Origin: Aulosira sp. ZfuVER01
GTDB taxonomy: Bacteria; Cyanobacteriota; Cyanobacteriia; Cyanobacteriales; Nostocaceae
Direction: 5' to 3'
Assembly (NCBI GenBank): GCA_034530615.2
Contig: JAVRCV020000033.1
Location: 1 to 64,000 of the forward strand
DNA: 64,000 nucleotides
In this document: piece by piece, positions 1-10,580 of the stretch
Layout of the letters: every line of letters begins with the position of its first letter
How positions within the stretch are numbered: position 1 is the first letter of the stretch
Position numbers and translations under genes: made by a program
Notes under the pieces: model-generated
Told to the model about the DNA's origin: nothing
Seen by the model: the letters and a program-made list of their open reading frames with translations, nothing else
Database searches by the model: none

Positions 1-36
1 TTTTATAATTTTACTACCTACTTTTATCATAAGTGA

Positions 37-2250
37 TTATACGAACATGATATTATTCAAACTATTGGCAACATCGGGATGTTCCTTACCCAGTACCTTC
101 TCCCCAATAGCCAAAGCACGTTGCAACAGAGGTAGAGCTTGTTGATATTTCTCCTGTCCTACGTAAACCATAGCCAAATTATTGAGGTTTTGGGCAACAT
201 CGGGATGTTCGTTACCCAGTACTTTTTCTCTAATAGCTAGAGCACGTTGCCACAGAAGTTCCGCCTGCTGATAGTTACCCTGTCCTTGATACAGTACGGC
301 TAAGTTGTTTAGGCTACTGGCAACATTAGGATGTTCATTACCCAGTACCTTCTCCCTAATAGCCAGAGCGCGTTGATAGAGAGGTTCTGCCTGTTGATAC
401 TTCCCCTGTGTCCGGTAAAATTCAGCCAAATTATTGAAGTTTTGGGCAACATCGGGATGTTCGTTGCCCAATGCTTTCTCCCTAATAGCCAGAGCACGTT
501 GATAAAGAGGTTCTGCCTGTTGATAATCTCCTTTTAAGTGGTAAAGTATGGCTAAATCATTTAGGCTAGAGGCAAAATCAGGATGTAAGTTGCCTAATAC
601 TTTTTCTCTAATAGTTAATGCACGTTGATACAGGGGTAAAGCCTGTTGATAGTTCCCTTGTGTCCGATACAGTCCTGCCAAATTGTTGAGGATAGAGGCA
701 ACATCAGGATGTTCCTTACCCAGTACCTTCTCTCTAATAGCCAAAGCACTTTGGAACAGGGGTAAAGCCTGTTGATAGTTCCCCTGTGCCTCATACAGTC
801 CTGCCAAATTATTTAAGCTTTCCGCAACATCAGGATGTTCATTGCCTAAAACTTTCTCTCTAATAGCCAAAGCACGTTGATACAGGGGTAAAGCTTGTTG
901 ATATTTTCCCTGTGAATAGTAGAGTGTGGCTAAATTATTCAGGCTAACAGCAACCAATGGATGTTCCTTACCCAGTACCTTCTCTCTAATAGCTAGTGCA
1001 CGTTGATACAAAGGTTCAGCCTGTTGATATTTTCCCTGTGTAGAGTAAAGTGCGGCTAAATTATTTAGGCTAACAGCAACCAATGGATGTTCATTGCCTA
1101 AAACTTTCTCTCTAATAGCCAGAGAGCGTTGATACAAAGGTAGAGCTTGTTGATAGTTTCCCTGTACCCGGTATAGTTCTGCTAAATTGTTTAGGCTAGA
1201 GGCAACCAATAGATGTTGACTGCCTAAAACTTTCTCTGTAATAGCCAGAGCACGTTGCAACAAAGGTTTAGCCTGTTGATAGTTCCCTTGTTGTATGTAA
1301 AGTGTAGCTAAATTTTGCAGGCTAGAGGCAACATCGGGATGTTCATTGCCTAAAACTTTTTCTCTAATAGCCAGAGCGCGTTGATACAAAGGTAGAGCTT
1401 GTTGATATTTCCCCTGCTCATTATATAGTGCGGCTAAATTATTCAGGCTAGTAGCTACCAATGGATGTTCCTTACCCAGTACCTTCTCTCTGATAGCTAG
1501 TGCGCGTTGCAATAAAGGTTCTGCTTGTTGATAGTTCCCCTGGTCATAATACATTGAAGCCAAATTATTTAAGCTTTCCGCAACATCAGGATGTTCTGTA
1601 CCCAGTACCTTCTCTCTGATAGCTAGTGCACGTTGATATAGAGGTTGCGCTTGTTGATTGTTCCCCTGGTCATCATATAGTGCCGCTAAATTATTTAGGC
1701 TAGTGGCGACATCAGGATGTTCGTTGCCCAGTACCTTCTCTCTAATAGCCAGAGAGCGTTGATACAGAGGTTGTGCTTGTTGATTGTTCCCTTGTCTATG
1801 ATAGATTAAAGCCAAATTACTCAAACTAGTGGCGACATCAGGATGTTCGTTGCCTAGTACCTTCTGTCTGATAGCTAGTGCGCGTTGTAATAAAGGTTCT
1901 GCTTGCCGATCGTTTCCCTGTTCGTGATACATTAAACCCAAATTATTCAGGCTAGTAGCCACCAATGGATGTTCGTTACCCAATACTTTCTCTCTGATAG
2001 CTAGTGCGCGTTCTGCTAAGGGGATGGCAGTACTGTATTTACCTGCTTGGTATAACTTTATAACCTGTTCGTTGAGTCGATCTGCTTCCTTTAAGGCTGC
2101 TGTTTGTTCGGTTGAATATGCTGGGGGCGGCTGTTGGGCTATACTTTTGACTGGAATACTTAACAGCAGTGATGTTGCAATTGCAATTCCTATTGACCAA
2201 GGTCTTAAGAAGCTACTTGTTGCATTAATAATACTGTATACTTTTTTCAC
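37..2250 (-). CDS. Secreted TPR-repeat protein (42-aa kinesin-light-chain-type repeats), no CHAT domain
   Basis: 737-aa ORF with GTG start and hydrophobic signal peptide (…LLLSIPVKSIAQQ). Consecutive 42-aa repeats such as HPDVATSLNNLAxLYxxQGNYQQAEPLYQRALAIREKVLG; ends abruptly within a repeat (…SLNNIMFV). Confidence 0.9.
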   Translation of the reverse strand: MKKVYSIINATSSFLRPWSIGIAIATSLLLSIPVKSIAQQPPPAYSTEQTAALKEADRLNEQVIKLYQAGKYSTAIPLAERALAIREKVLGNEHPLVATSLNNLGLMYHEQGNDRQAEPLLQRALAIRQKVLGNEHPDVATSLSNLALIYHRQGNNQQAQPLYQRSLAIREKVLGNEHPDVATSLNNLAALYDDQGNNQQAQPLYQRALAIREKVLGTEHPDVAESLNNLASMYYDQGNYQQAEPLLQRALAIREKVLGKEHPLVATSLNNLAALYNEQGKYQQALPLYQRALAIREKVLGNEHPDVASSLQNLATLYIQQGNYQQAKPLLQRALAITEKVLGSQHLLVASSLNNLAELYRVQGNYQQALPLYQRSLAIREKVLGNEHPLVAVSLNNLAALYSTQGKYQQAEPLYQRALAIREKVLGKEHPLVAVSLNNLATLYYSQGKYQQALPLYQRALAIREKVLGNEHPDVAESLNNLAGLYEAQGNYQQALPLFQSALAIREKVLGKEHPDVASILNNLAGLYRTQGNYQQALPLYQRALTIREKVLGNLHPDFASSLNDLAILYHLKGDYQQAEPLYQRALAIREKALGNEHPDVAQNFNNLAEFYRTQGKYQQAEPLYQRALAIREKVLGNEHPNVASSLNNLAVLYQGQGNYQQAELLWQRALAIREKVLGNEHPDVAQNLNNLAMVYVGQEKYQQALPLLQRALAIGEKVLGKEHPDVANSLNNIMFV

Positions 2251-2350
2251 TTTTGAATTAACTGGTATTGGTTGAGTTATTGCACAATCGTGGCTTTACC
2301 CAATAATATTACGTAGCTGTTCGTCAAAAAAAGTCGGTAAATTAATCTCT
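2251..2350 (-). promoter_or_regulatory. Conserved upstream region shared with the TPR-CHAT paralogue (copy 1)
   Basis: Aligns with 5991-6090: ttgagttattgca..tggctttac.ca.taat..aaaaaagt..gtaaa. Confidence 0.6.
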
Positions 2351-2420
2351 GCATTGGCAATCATCCCACCGCATAACTCAAAACATCAGCTTCCAAACCT
2401 GGAATTTTGGCTTGAATTAA

Positions 2421-5400
2421 CTACTTGTTACTCAAAGGTGTCCAGTTACCAGAAGGAACAAACGCAGCCCAGAATCGAGGATGCTGATAATTTTGGCTAT
2501 TGAGTAACTCTATCTGTGCAGAACGTAAAGCTTCATGTCTGCCTTTACCAGCTTTCAAGTTTTGATAATACTTCACCATTAATTCTTTGGTTGCCGCATC
2601 ATCTACTTGCCATAAACTTAAAATCTGAGTTTGAGCGCCAGCCATCACTAAAGCACGGCGCAAACCATAAACACCATCCCCAACTTGCACATCACCTCTA
2701 CCTGTGTCGCAGGCGGAAAGCACTACCAAATTAGTTGAGCGCAAATCTAAACCAGCCACTTCTAAGGCTGTGAGTACGCCATCATCGCTACCTGATGCTA
2801 CCCGATCGCGTTTATTAGCACCAGCCAACGCCAAGCCAGAACGTAATAAGGGATTTTCTATTTGCAAAATCTTAGGCGATCGCGTTGTCATTTCTGTACC
2901 CCGTGATGCATTCAAATTTTGTTCAACATCGCTAATAAAAAAACCGTGGGTAGCTAGATGTAAAATACTGGGACTGTGAAGTTTTTTGATTGTAGTTTCT
3001 GTGGCATCTTTACCTAGCAACACTTGCGCATTGGGTAAGACAGCTTTGATGGCTGTGGCTTCAGCTTTAGTCGCATCTAAGGGATCGAATACCAGATTTG
3101 CCAAGTCTCCAGAGCGTAAATTCTGAGAACCACGCACATTAGGCGCTTTAGCTACAGTTACAGCTTGTAGTTGGTTGTTATAGTCTATATCTGCTAGCAC
3201 TACAGGAGCAGAAGATTTATTTCCACTTGGCGCAAAGCGTAACAAATCCCGTCCACTGGTAAGGTAAGAAAAAGCGTAGCGCTGAATTAGGAATTGTCCT
3301 TGCTCGTTGGTGAGTGCTTCAAAGGGAATTAATGTTAACTGTCCATCCGGAGAAATTAATAAATGACGCGCATTACCTAATAAAGGAAGGATTGGTTCTA
3401 TTAATTTTCTATCTAAAGCGCGAGCCAGTTTTTTAAATGATTTTCCCGTCGCTAACGCTGCTTGAAAATTAATCGCCAATTGGTTAATTTCTGCGGCTTC
3501 TCCTAAATCAATCCACTTTGGTTTGCCAGAAGATTGTAATACCGCTACCGCATAATGCGGTTTATCCCATCCTTGCCCAATTATTTTGCTTTTGGGATTG
3601 TATGGTTGATATTGGACAATTTCTACTAAAGCTGCATCTTGGGGTATTTTGGCTTGAATTGCTGCTAGTTCTACTGATTGAGTTTGCGTGCGGAATTCGG
3701 CACTTTTAGTACTAATCGCTGCTTCCAATTGCTCTTTTTGAGCGTCTAGTTCTTCTAACTGAGATTTAGAGTTTGCAGTTTGTTTTTCTGCTTCCGAAAA
3801 TACTAGAGATGATAGTTGCTGTTGTAGCTGCAACCACTGAGTAAATAACTTTTGGGTTTTGGGGTTGCTGTCAAGTTGAGCGCGTAGTATTTGAATACTA
3901 TCAGCTACGGCATCTAATACCAGCCCTTTGCGGCGTAATACAGTAGTTAATGCTAAAGATGCGGCGGTGGGATTATTGCTAGCTCCATTGAGAGCTAGGG
4001 AAACGCTGAGATTGGTTGTGCCTGTAAAAGTTTTCACATAATTCTGTTTTCTTTGTTCTGAGCCAACAGCAAAAATTAATTTGAGATTGTGTTCTTCAAT
4101 CTCTAATGCTTGGTGTAAAAAATCGATAGCACGAGCAATATCACCTCGATCTTGGTAAAGTAAAGCTAAATTACTTAAGTTTGTGGCTACAGATGGATGT
4201 TCGTTACCCAGTATCTTCTTATAGATAGCTAAAGAGCGCAGAAACAGAGGTTCTGCTTTTTCATAGTTTCCTTGATACTGGTATAGTGCTGCTAAATTAT
4301 TCAGGCTCAAAGCAACATCAGGATGTTCGTTACCGAGTACCTTCTCTTGGATAGCTAAAGAGCGTTGCAGCAAAGGTTCTGCCTTTTGATAATTTCCTTG
4401 ATACTGATAAACTAGTGCCAAATTATTCAAAGCAAGAGCAAAATTTGTATGTTCGTTACCCAGCGTCTTTTCATAGATTGTTAAAGCATATTGAAATAGA
4501 GTTTCTGCTTGTGCATATTTCCCTTGATCTCGATATAAATTAGCCAAATTATTCAAACTCAGAGCAACAGAAGGATGTTCTTTTCCTAGTATCTTCTCGT
4601 CAATAGCTAAAGAGCGTTGAAATAAAGATTCTGCCTGGTCATAGTTCCCCTGCTCTTGGTAAAGTAGTGCTAAATTATTCAGACTTTGGGCAACATCAGA
4701 ATGGGAATCACCTAGTACTTTCTCTCTAATACCTAGAGAGCGTTGAAATAGAGGTTCAGCTTGTTGATATTTTCCCTGTAATTGGTAAAGTAGTGCCAAA
4801 TTATTCAGAGCAAGAGCAACATGGGGATGTGAGTTACCTAGAACTTTCTCGATGATAGCTAGAGAGCGTTGATAAAAACCTTCTGCCTGCTGATATTTTC
4901 CTTGTACTTGATAAAGTAGTGCCAAATTATTTAGACTTTGGGCAACATCAGGGTGAGAGTTACCTAGTATCTTTTCTCTAATAGCTAGAGAGCGTTGATA
5001 AAAAACTTCTGCTTGTTGATAGTTGCCTATTTCTTTGTATAAATAAGCCAAATTATTCAGAGTGCTGGCAACATCTGGATGTTCTTCACCAAATAGTCTT
5101 TTATAGATGTCTAGAGAACGTTGATAAAGCACTTCTGCTTGTTGATATTTAGCTTGTGCATTGTATAGCAATCCTAAATTATTCAGTGTATTAGCAACTA
5201 GTTGATGCGAGTTACCCAAGACTTTTTCATAGATACTTAAAGCGCGTTGATATAGAGGCTCAGCCTGTTGATATTTTCCCTGTAATCGATATACTTTTGC
5301 TAAATTATTTAAACTAGTGGCAACATTTGGATGCTCTTTACCCTGTAGTTTTTCATAAATACTCACAGCTTGTTGATATAGAGGTTCTGCTGGTTGATAT

Positions 5401-5990
5401 TTTCCTTGCTCTTGGTAGATATTAGCTAAATTATTTAAGCTGGTGGCAACATCAGGATGTTCATTACCTAGTACCTTGGTTCTGATCGCCAAAGAGCGTT
5501 GAAATAGGGGTTCTGCTTTTTGATAATTTCCTAGATATTGGTAAACTAATGCCAAATTATTCAGGCTAGTGGCGACAATGGGATGTGAATTACCCAGAAC
5601 TTTTTCTGCGATCGCCAGAGAGCGTTGAAACAAAGGTTCTGCTTGTTGATAATTTCCCTGCTCTCGATATAAGATAGCTAAATTGTTTAAGCTTTCGCCT
5701 ACATCTAGATGTTGATTCCCCAATACTTTCTCTCTAATAGCGAGTGTGCGCTCTGCTAAGGGGATGGCTGAACTGTATTTACCTTCTTGGTATAGTTTGT
5801 TTACCTGCTGATTCAGTTGTTCCGCTTCTTGTAAAGCTGCGCGTTGCTCTACTGAATATGAGGTAGATTGCTGTTGTGCTGTACTTTTAACCGGGATAGT
5901 TAACAATGAGGCTGTAGTAATTGCAGCGATCGCTAACCAAGGTGCGAACAAGCTACTTGCTGCATGAAGATTACTGTATACTTTTTTCAC
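2421..5990 (-). CDS. Secreted TPR-repeat + CHAT (caspase-like) protease
   Basis: 1189 aa; signal peptide, 42-aa TPR array, then CHAT domain with ISPDGQLTLIPFEAL, LHLATHG (catalytic His), LSACDTG (catalytic Cys) and HPRFWAAF. Confidence 0.93.
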   Translation of the reverse strand: MKKVYSNLHAASSLFAPWLAIAAITTASLLTIPVKSTAQQQSTSYSVEQRAALQEAEQLNQQVNKLYQEGKYSSAIPLAERTLAIREKVLGNQHLDVGESLNNLAILYREQGNYQQAEPLFQRSLAIAEKVLGNSHPIVATSLNNLALVYQYLGNYQKAEPLFQRSLAIRTKVLGNEHPDVATSLNNLANIYQEQGKYQPAEPLYQQAVSIYEKLQGKEHPNVATSLNNLAKVYRLQGKYQQAEPLYQRALSIYEKVLGNSHQLVANTLNNLGLLYNAQAKYQQAEVLYQRSLDIYKRLFGEEHPDVASTLNNLAYLYKEIGNYQQAEVFYQRSLAIREKILGNSHPDVAQSLNNLALLYQVQGKYQQAEGFYQRSLAIIEKVLGNSHPHVALALNNLALLYQLQGKYQQAEPLFQRSLGIREKVLGDSHSDVAQSLNNLALLYQEQGNYDQAESLFQRSLAIDEKILGKEHPSVALSLNNLANLYRDQGKYAQAETLFQYALTIYEKTLGNEHTNFALALNNLALVYQYQGNYQKAEPLLQRSLAIQEKVLGNEHPDVALSLNNLAALYQYQGNYEKAEPLFLRSLAIYKKILGNEHPSVATNLSNLALLYQDRGDIARAIDFLHQALEIEEHNLKLIFAVGSEQRKQNYVKTFTGTTNLSVSLALNGASNNPTAASLALTTVLRRKGLVLDAVADSIQILRAQLDSNPKTQKLFTQWLQLQQQLSSLVFSEAEKQTANSKSQLEELDAQKEQLEAAISTKSAEFRTQTQSVELAAIQAKIPQDAALVEIVQYQPYNPKSKIIGQGWDKPHYAVAVLQSSGKPKWIDLGEAAEINQLAINFQAALATGKSFKKLARALDRKLIEPILPLLGNARHLLISPDGQLTLIPFEALTNEQGQFLIQRYAFSYLTSGRDLLRFAPSGNKSSAPVVLADIDYNNQLQAVTVAKAPNVRGSQNLRSGDLANLVFDPLDATKAEATAIKAVLPNAQVLLGKDATETTIKKLHSPSILHLATHGFFISDVEQNLNASRGTEMTTRSPKILQIENPLLRSGLALAGANKRDRVASGSDDGVLTALEVAGLDLRSTNLVVLSACDTGRGDVQVGDGVYGLRRALVMAGAQTQILSLWQVDDAATKELMVKYYQNLKAGKGRHEALRSAQIELLNSQNYQHPRFWAAFVPSGNWTPLSNK

Positions 5991-6090
5991 TTTAAAATAA
6001 CAGATTAGTAGATTGAGTTATTGCATAATCATGGCTTTACTCAGTAATTTTCGCCAAGTGTCTGTAAAAAAAGTAAGTAAACTCAGACTT
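5991..6090 (-). promoter_or_regulatory. Conserved upstream region shared with the TPR-only paralogue (copy 2)
   Basis: Aligns with 2251-2350. Confidence 0.6.
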
Positions 6091-6197
6091 GTTATGCAGC
6101 CAGTTTCAGCAACAGGAGAGAAGAAGTTATGAAAAAACTAGAAAACTCGACGTTTTTATGGATGTAAAGGACTAACAAATAAAAAAATAACTCAGTT

Positions 6198-6260
6198 GTA
6201 AGGGCATGGCACCGATAAAATATTGATATTACCGAAAATTTGTGGATGCCGTGCCCCTAC
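6198..6260. repeat. REP-like palindromic element (GTAAGGGCATGGCA…TGCCGTGCCCCTAC)
   Basis: Terminal inverted repeats around an AT-rich core; a second partial copy lies in inverted orientation at 10581-10633. Confidence 0.75.
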
Positions 6261-6318
6261 TGGCTGCATAATTTATTTCTTGGAGTTCCCTAATCTCACT
6301 GAGAACTCTAGGTTTTGA

Positions 6319-6460
6319 CTTCAGAACACTAAACTTCGAGTAAAAAACTTGAAATTTCCCCTTCAGAACACCAAACATCGAGTAAAAAGCTCGGAACTTC
6401 GACTTGGGAACTTGAAACTCCGAGTAAAAAGCTCGAAACTTCGACTTCTCAACTCCAAAC
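6319..6460. repeat. 42-bp tandem repeat, about 3.4 copies
   Basis: Units start at 6319, 6361, 6403 and 6445 (ctt…aac…aaac…cgagtaaaaa.ct.gaa.tt…). Confidence 0.75.
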
Positions 6461-6551
6461 TTTACTTTCAAAACTGCCCAATCAGCATTAATTGAGTCAC
6501 ATAAGTTCTCAAGTGCGAGATAATTTGTGAAAGACACCAGGGTGCATTTCA

Positions 6552-8351
6552 TTGGTTAAACGATCGCAAATCCCAGAAAGTTCTTCGATGCAAGCAATCC
6601 AGCGGGTGCTGGGAAGCTTGAGCAATTACCGATGGATTTCCTTAGGAGCTTTCTTTAGTCTCTTACTTTTGACAGTTGCGAATGCTGTCACCCCGCAATT
6701 ATTTCGCTGGGGAATCGATGAAGGGATTGCCCAGCGCAACTTAGAGATTGTACTTTACAGTGCTGCATGGATGGTAGTTGCCGCGATCGCTCGCGGTTTG
6801 TTTAATTTTGGACAAAGCTATTTAGCAGAAGCCGCTTCTCAAGGTGTTGCTTACGATTTACGTAACAAGATTTTCAGCAAGATTCAAAACCTCAGTTTTA
6901 GCTATCACGACCAAGCACAGACTTCGCAACTGTTAACCCGCGTCACCAGTGATATTGAGCAAATTCGCACCTTTATTGGCACTAGCTTAATTCAGGTTGT
7001 GGGTGCAGTGGTGACATTAGCGAGTATTGCGGTAATTTTGCTGGTGATGAATTGGCGATTAGCATTAATTACCCTCACAGTAGTGCCCATTTCAGGATGG
7101 TTAATGGCGCGATTTGTCACCCGCAATGACAGACTATTTCGCCAGGTACAAGAACAACTGAGTAATCTGAATGCAGTATTGCAAGAGAACTTGCTAGGAA
7201 TCAGGGTAGTCAAAGCTTTCGTGCGGGAGTCAACCGAAAGGTTGCGTTACACGACTCTTAATGATGACCTAGTCATAGCGAATATGAAGACTATTCGCGC
7301 CATCCGTAATACCTTCCCCTTTATCTTTTTAATGAGTAATTTAGTGACTTTGGCAGTATTTGCTTATGGAGGGGCACAGGTAATTGGTGGTAGGTTCTCT
7401 GTTGGGGAATTGGTAGCGTTTAACTCTTACTTAGTATTGATACTGCAACCAATTTTGTTGATTGGATTTGCTGCACCTGCGATCGCACAAGCTGCGGCTT
7501 CGGCGGAACGAGTTTATGAAGTGGTGGATGCGGCGGTGGAAATTCGCGATCGCCCGAATGCAGTAGATTTTCACACCTGCGGCGGGAGAGTTACCTTTGA
7601 AAATGTCTCGTTTCGTTATCCGGGAGCCACAACTGAAGCCCTAAAGAATGTGTCTTTTGAAACCAAGCCTAAGGAATTAATTGCGGTTTTAGGCATGACA
7701 GGCTCCGGTAAAAGCACAATTATGAACTTAATTCCCCGCTTTTACGATGTCACCAATGGCGCAATTCGGATTGATGGCGTGGATGTACGGGATTTTACCC
7801 TGAAAAGTCTCAGAGCGCACATCGGGATTGTCTTTCAAGAAACTACCCTATTTTCTGGCACCATCCGCGAGAATATCGCCTACGCCAAACCTGATGCAAC
7901 CTTAGAACAGGTGCTTGAAGCCGCAAAAACTGCCCAAATCCATGATTTCATCGCCAGCCTACCCGATAGCTACGAGACGATGGTAGGCGAACGCGGCATC
8001 GGTTTATCTGGAGGACAAAAGCAAAGAATAGCGATCGCCCGCACCTTACTCACCGATTACAGTATTCTGATTTTAGATGACAGTACTTCGGCTGTAGATG
8101 CCAAAACTGCCGCGCAAATTCAAGCGGAATTGGATAATTTAATGCGCAAAAAAGCTTGTGTAACTTTTGTTGTGGCTCAACGTATTAGCACTATCAAGAA
8201 TGCCGATCGCATTTTTTTGGTCGATAAAGGACAATTGGTTGCTCAAGGCACTCATGAAGAATTAATGCAAACCAGTCCACTCTACGGGGCAATTTTGGAA
8301 TCTCAAATAAAGCCAAAGGAGAACAATTTACAATTCAAAATTCTCTCTTGA
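6552..8351 (+). CDS. ABC exporter, fused TMD-NBD, subunit with degenerate catalytic site (start may be ATG 6588)
   Basis: TM helices; Walker A GMTGSGKS; signature LSGGQ; Walker B ILILDD (Glu to Asp); switch AQR (His to Gln). Confidence 0.93.
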   Translation: MVKRSQIPESSSMQAIQRVLGSLSNYRWISLGAFFSLLLLTVANAVTPQLFRWGIDEGIAQRNLEIVLYSAAWMVVAAIARGLFNFGQSYLAEAASQGVAYDLRNKIFSKIQNLSFSYHDQAQTSQLLTRVTSDIEQIRTFIGTSLIQVVGAVVTLASIAVILLVMNWRLALITLTVVPISGWLMARFVTRNDRLFRQVQEQLSNLNAVLQENLLGIRVVKAFVRESTERLRYTTLNDDLVIANMKTIRAIRNTFPFIFLMSNLVTLAVFAYGGAQVIGGRFSVGELVAFNSYLVLILQPILLIGFAAPAIAQAAASAERVYEVVDAAVEIRDRPNAVDFHTCGGRVTFENVSFRYPGATTEALKNVSFETKPKELIAVLGMTGSGKSTIMNLIPRFYDVTNGAIRIDGVDVRDFTLKSLRAHIGIVFQETTLFSGTIRENIAYAKPDATLEQVLEAAKTAQIHDFIASLPDSYETMVGERGIGLSGGQKQRIAIARTLLTDYSILILDDSTSAVDAKTAAQIQAELDNLMRKKACVTFVVAQRISTIKNADRIFLVDKGQLVAQGTHEELMQTSPLYGAILESQIKPKENNLQFKILS

Positions 8352-8432
8352 AAAGTTCTGATTGGCGGAAGCCGCCGCTCAGACTTTCCGCAAAATTCAA
8401 AATTCAAAATCTAAAATCTAAAATCCAAAATT
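8350..8432. repeat. Hairpin element plus heptamer STRR tract (AAAATTC/AAAATCT)
   Basis: gaaaagttctga..ggcggaagccgcc..tcagactttcc followed by aaaattc aaaattc aaaatct aaaatct aaaatcc. Confidence 0.7.
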
Positions 8433-8435
8433 ATT

Positions 8436-10217
8436 ATGAGAGGTTTCGGCCCGGTTGTTGCACCTGAGCAACAAGCAACTCACCAACTCTCCACTTTGCG
8501 GCGCTTTTTGCAATACTTGCGACCCTACCGCAAAGAACTCCCCATTGCCTTGACATTAGTATTGATTGGTGCTTCAAGCCAGGCGATCGGGCCCTTTTTA
8601 CTTGGTTGGTCGATAGATCATCTGATTGCCAAGGGCAATTTACCAGGTTTGATGCTGCTATTAGGGCTACTGGGAATAATTTACGTGCTTGGTATCTCGG
8701 CAACACGCGGTCAAATTATTCGCGTCGGCTGGATTATGCAGCGCTTGCTGGCACAACTGCGGCAAGATATTTTCACCAAAATTCAGAGTTTGCCACTCAG
8801 CTTTTTCGATCGCAGCGAAGCCGGGGATTTAATGAGTCGCCTGCTCAATGATGTGAATACGGTAAATCAGGCATTTGGGCAGACTGTGGCCCAAATGCTG
8901 GGCAATACTTTTAGTTTGGTTGGGATTGTCATTGCTATGCTGACAATCAATTTACAACTCGGCTTGTTGAGCAACCTAGTTGTACCAATCATGATTTTAA
9001 CCACGAGCTTATTTGCACGTTGGGCTAGAGCGAGATTTCGCGTTACACGACAGACCATTGGCGAACTTTCCACCAAGTTGGAAGAAGATATTGGCAGCGT
9101 GCGAGAAGCACAGGCATTTAATCGCGTCCAGCTGAACATTCAAGAATTCGCCACTCTCAACGCGGCGAATCGCGATGCCAATGTCCAAGCTGTGGCAATT
9201 ACTGCGGCGTTTTTGCCGTCAATTGATTTTCTCAACACTCTCGCAACCGCAGGTGTTCTGGCTTATGGTGGCTATCTTGCTGTGACAGGAGGCGCGACAG
9301 TCGGTGTAGTTACATCTTTTCTACTTTACGTGCAGCAATTTTTCCGCCCAATCCAAATTCTCAGTCAGTTTTATACCCAAGCTCAGTCTGCTTTTGCTGG
9401 ATTAGAGCGAATTTTTCTGCTGTTGGACGAACCATCGCAACTCAAAGATGCACCTGATGCCACCGAAATGCCTCCAATTGACGGTGAGGTGACATTTGAA
9501 AATGTCAAGTTTGGCTATAATCCAGAGCAATTGGTTCTCAAAGGCGTGAATTTAAAAGCCAGTCCCGGACAGATGGTTGCATTAGTTGGGCCAACCGGCT
9601 CAGGTAAAACGACAATCGTTAATTTGATATTGCGTTTTTACGATGTCTCTGATGGTGCAGTAAAAATTGATGACATTGATGTGCGTAGTGTTACTCAAAC
9701 TAGTTTACGGCGGCAGATTGGCATTGTTTTGCAAGATAATATTTTATTTAGCGGTACTGTAGCGGAAAACATTGCCTTTGGATCTCCCCACGCTACCCAA
9801 GCTGATATCGAAGCTGCTGCCCAAATGGCGAATGTGCATGAGTTCATCACTTCATTGCCACAAGGTTACACAACTCAATTAGGCGAACGAGGTGCGCCTC
9901 TCAGCCAAGGACAACGACAACTAATTAGTATTGCTCGTGCGGTGTTGATCGATCCCCGCATTCTGATTCTGGATGAAGCTACCAGTAGTATAGACACCCG
10001 CACAGAAGCGCTGGTACAAAATGCGATCGCTCGCTTGTTGCAAGGTCGTACCAGCTTCGTGATTGCTCACCGCCTTAGTACCGTGACTCAAGCAGATCGG
10101 GTGTTAGTGATTCAGCAAGGGCAAATTGTCGAACAGGGAACCCATGCAGAACTTATGAGTCAGCAAGGTGTCTATGCCAATCTCTATGCTCTCCAGTTAG
10201 GTGCAGGAAGCACATAA
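8436..10217 (+). CDS. ABC exporter, fused TMD-NBD, partner subunit of a heterodimer
   Basis: Walker A GPTGSGKT; non-canonical signature LSQGQ; canonical LDEATS and AHRLST. This is the complementary pattern of TM287/288-type heterodimers. Confidence 0.93.
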   Translation: MRGFGPVVAPEQQATHQLSTLRRFLQYLRPYRKELPIALTLVLIGASSQAIGPFLLGWSIDHLIAKGNLPGLMLLLGLLGIIYVLGISATRGQIIRVGWIMQRLLAQLRQDIFTKIQSLPLSFFDRSEAGDLMSRLLNDVNTVNQAFGQTVAQMLGNTFSLVGIVIAMLTINLQLGLLSNLVVPIMILTTSLFARWARARFRVTRQTIGELSTKLEEDIGSVREAQAFNRVQLNIQEFATLNAANRDANVQAVAITAAFLPSIDFLNTLATAGVLAYGGYLAVTGGATVGVVTSFLLYVQQFFRPIQILSQFYTQAQSAFAGLERIFLLLDEPSQLKDAPDATEMPPIDGEVTFENVKFGYNPEQLVLKGVNLKASPGQMVALVGPTGSGKTTIVNLILRFYDVSDGAVKIDDIDVRSVTQTSLRRQIGIVLQDNILFSGTVAENIAFGSPHATQADIEAAAQMANVHEFITSLPQGYTTQLGERGAPLSQGQRQLISIARAVLIDPRILILDEATSSIDTRTEALVQNAIARLLQGRTSFVIAHRLSTVTQADRVLVIQQGQIVEQGTHAELMSQQGVYANLYALQLGAGST

Positions 10218-10292
10218 ATTAGCCTTGGTCAGCTAGTCATACACTTCGCTTTAAGAATCATACAAATACATGATAGAGGCTTTAGCAATGCT

Positions 10293-10580
10293 TATTGGCG
10301 TCAACTTAAGAAGGTAAAGCCCAAATTTGTTGAGTGTAAGCGTCAATCTCTCGATGGCGCTTACGCCTAGCTTTGACTAATCCAAACAGCTTTTGATGTT
10401 CAACAAGATAAGGAACAGCCTCACTGGCATCACCACGTAGAACGGCTTGGGAGAAATGGTATAAACTGCGGAAAACCATCTCTGTAGAAATCAGGTCTAG
10501 GGGTTGATTCAATGCTCAGGAATCTGACGATATACTAAACTACATCCTATGCTTCCTTTTTGCTTAAGTTGACACCAATG
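10293..10580 (-). mobile_element. Internally deleted IS4-family element (288 bp) retaining both ends and the transposase C-terminus
   Basis: Inverted ends TATTGGCGTCAACTTAAG (10293) and CTTAAGTTGACACCAATG (ending 10580). ORF 10306-10512 (…ISTEMVFRSLYHF…FGLVKARRKR) resembles cyanobacterial IS4 transposase C-termini. No target duplication is visible. Confidence 0.8.
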
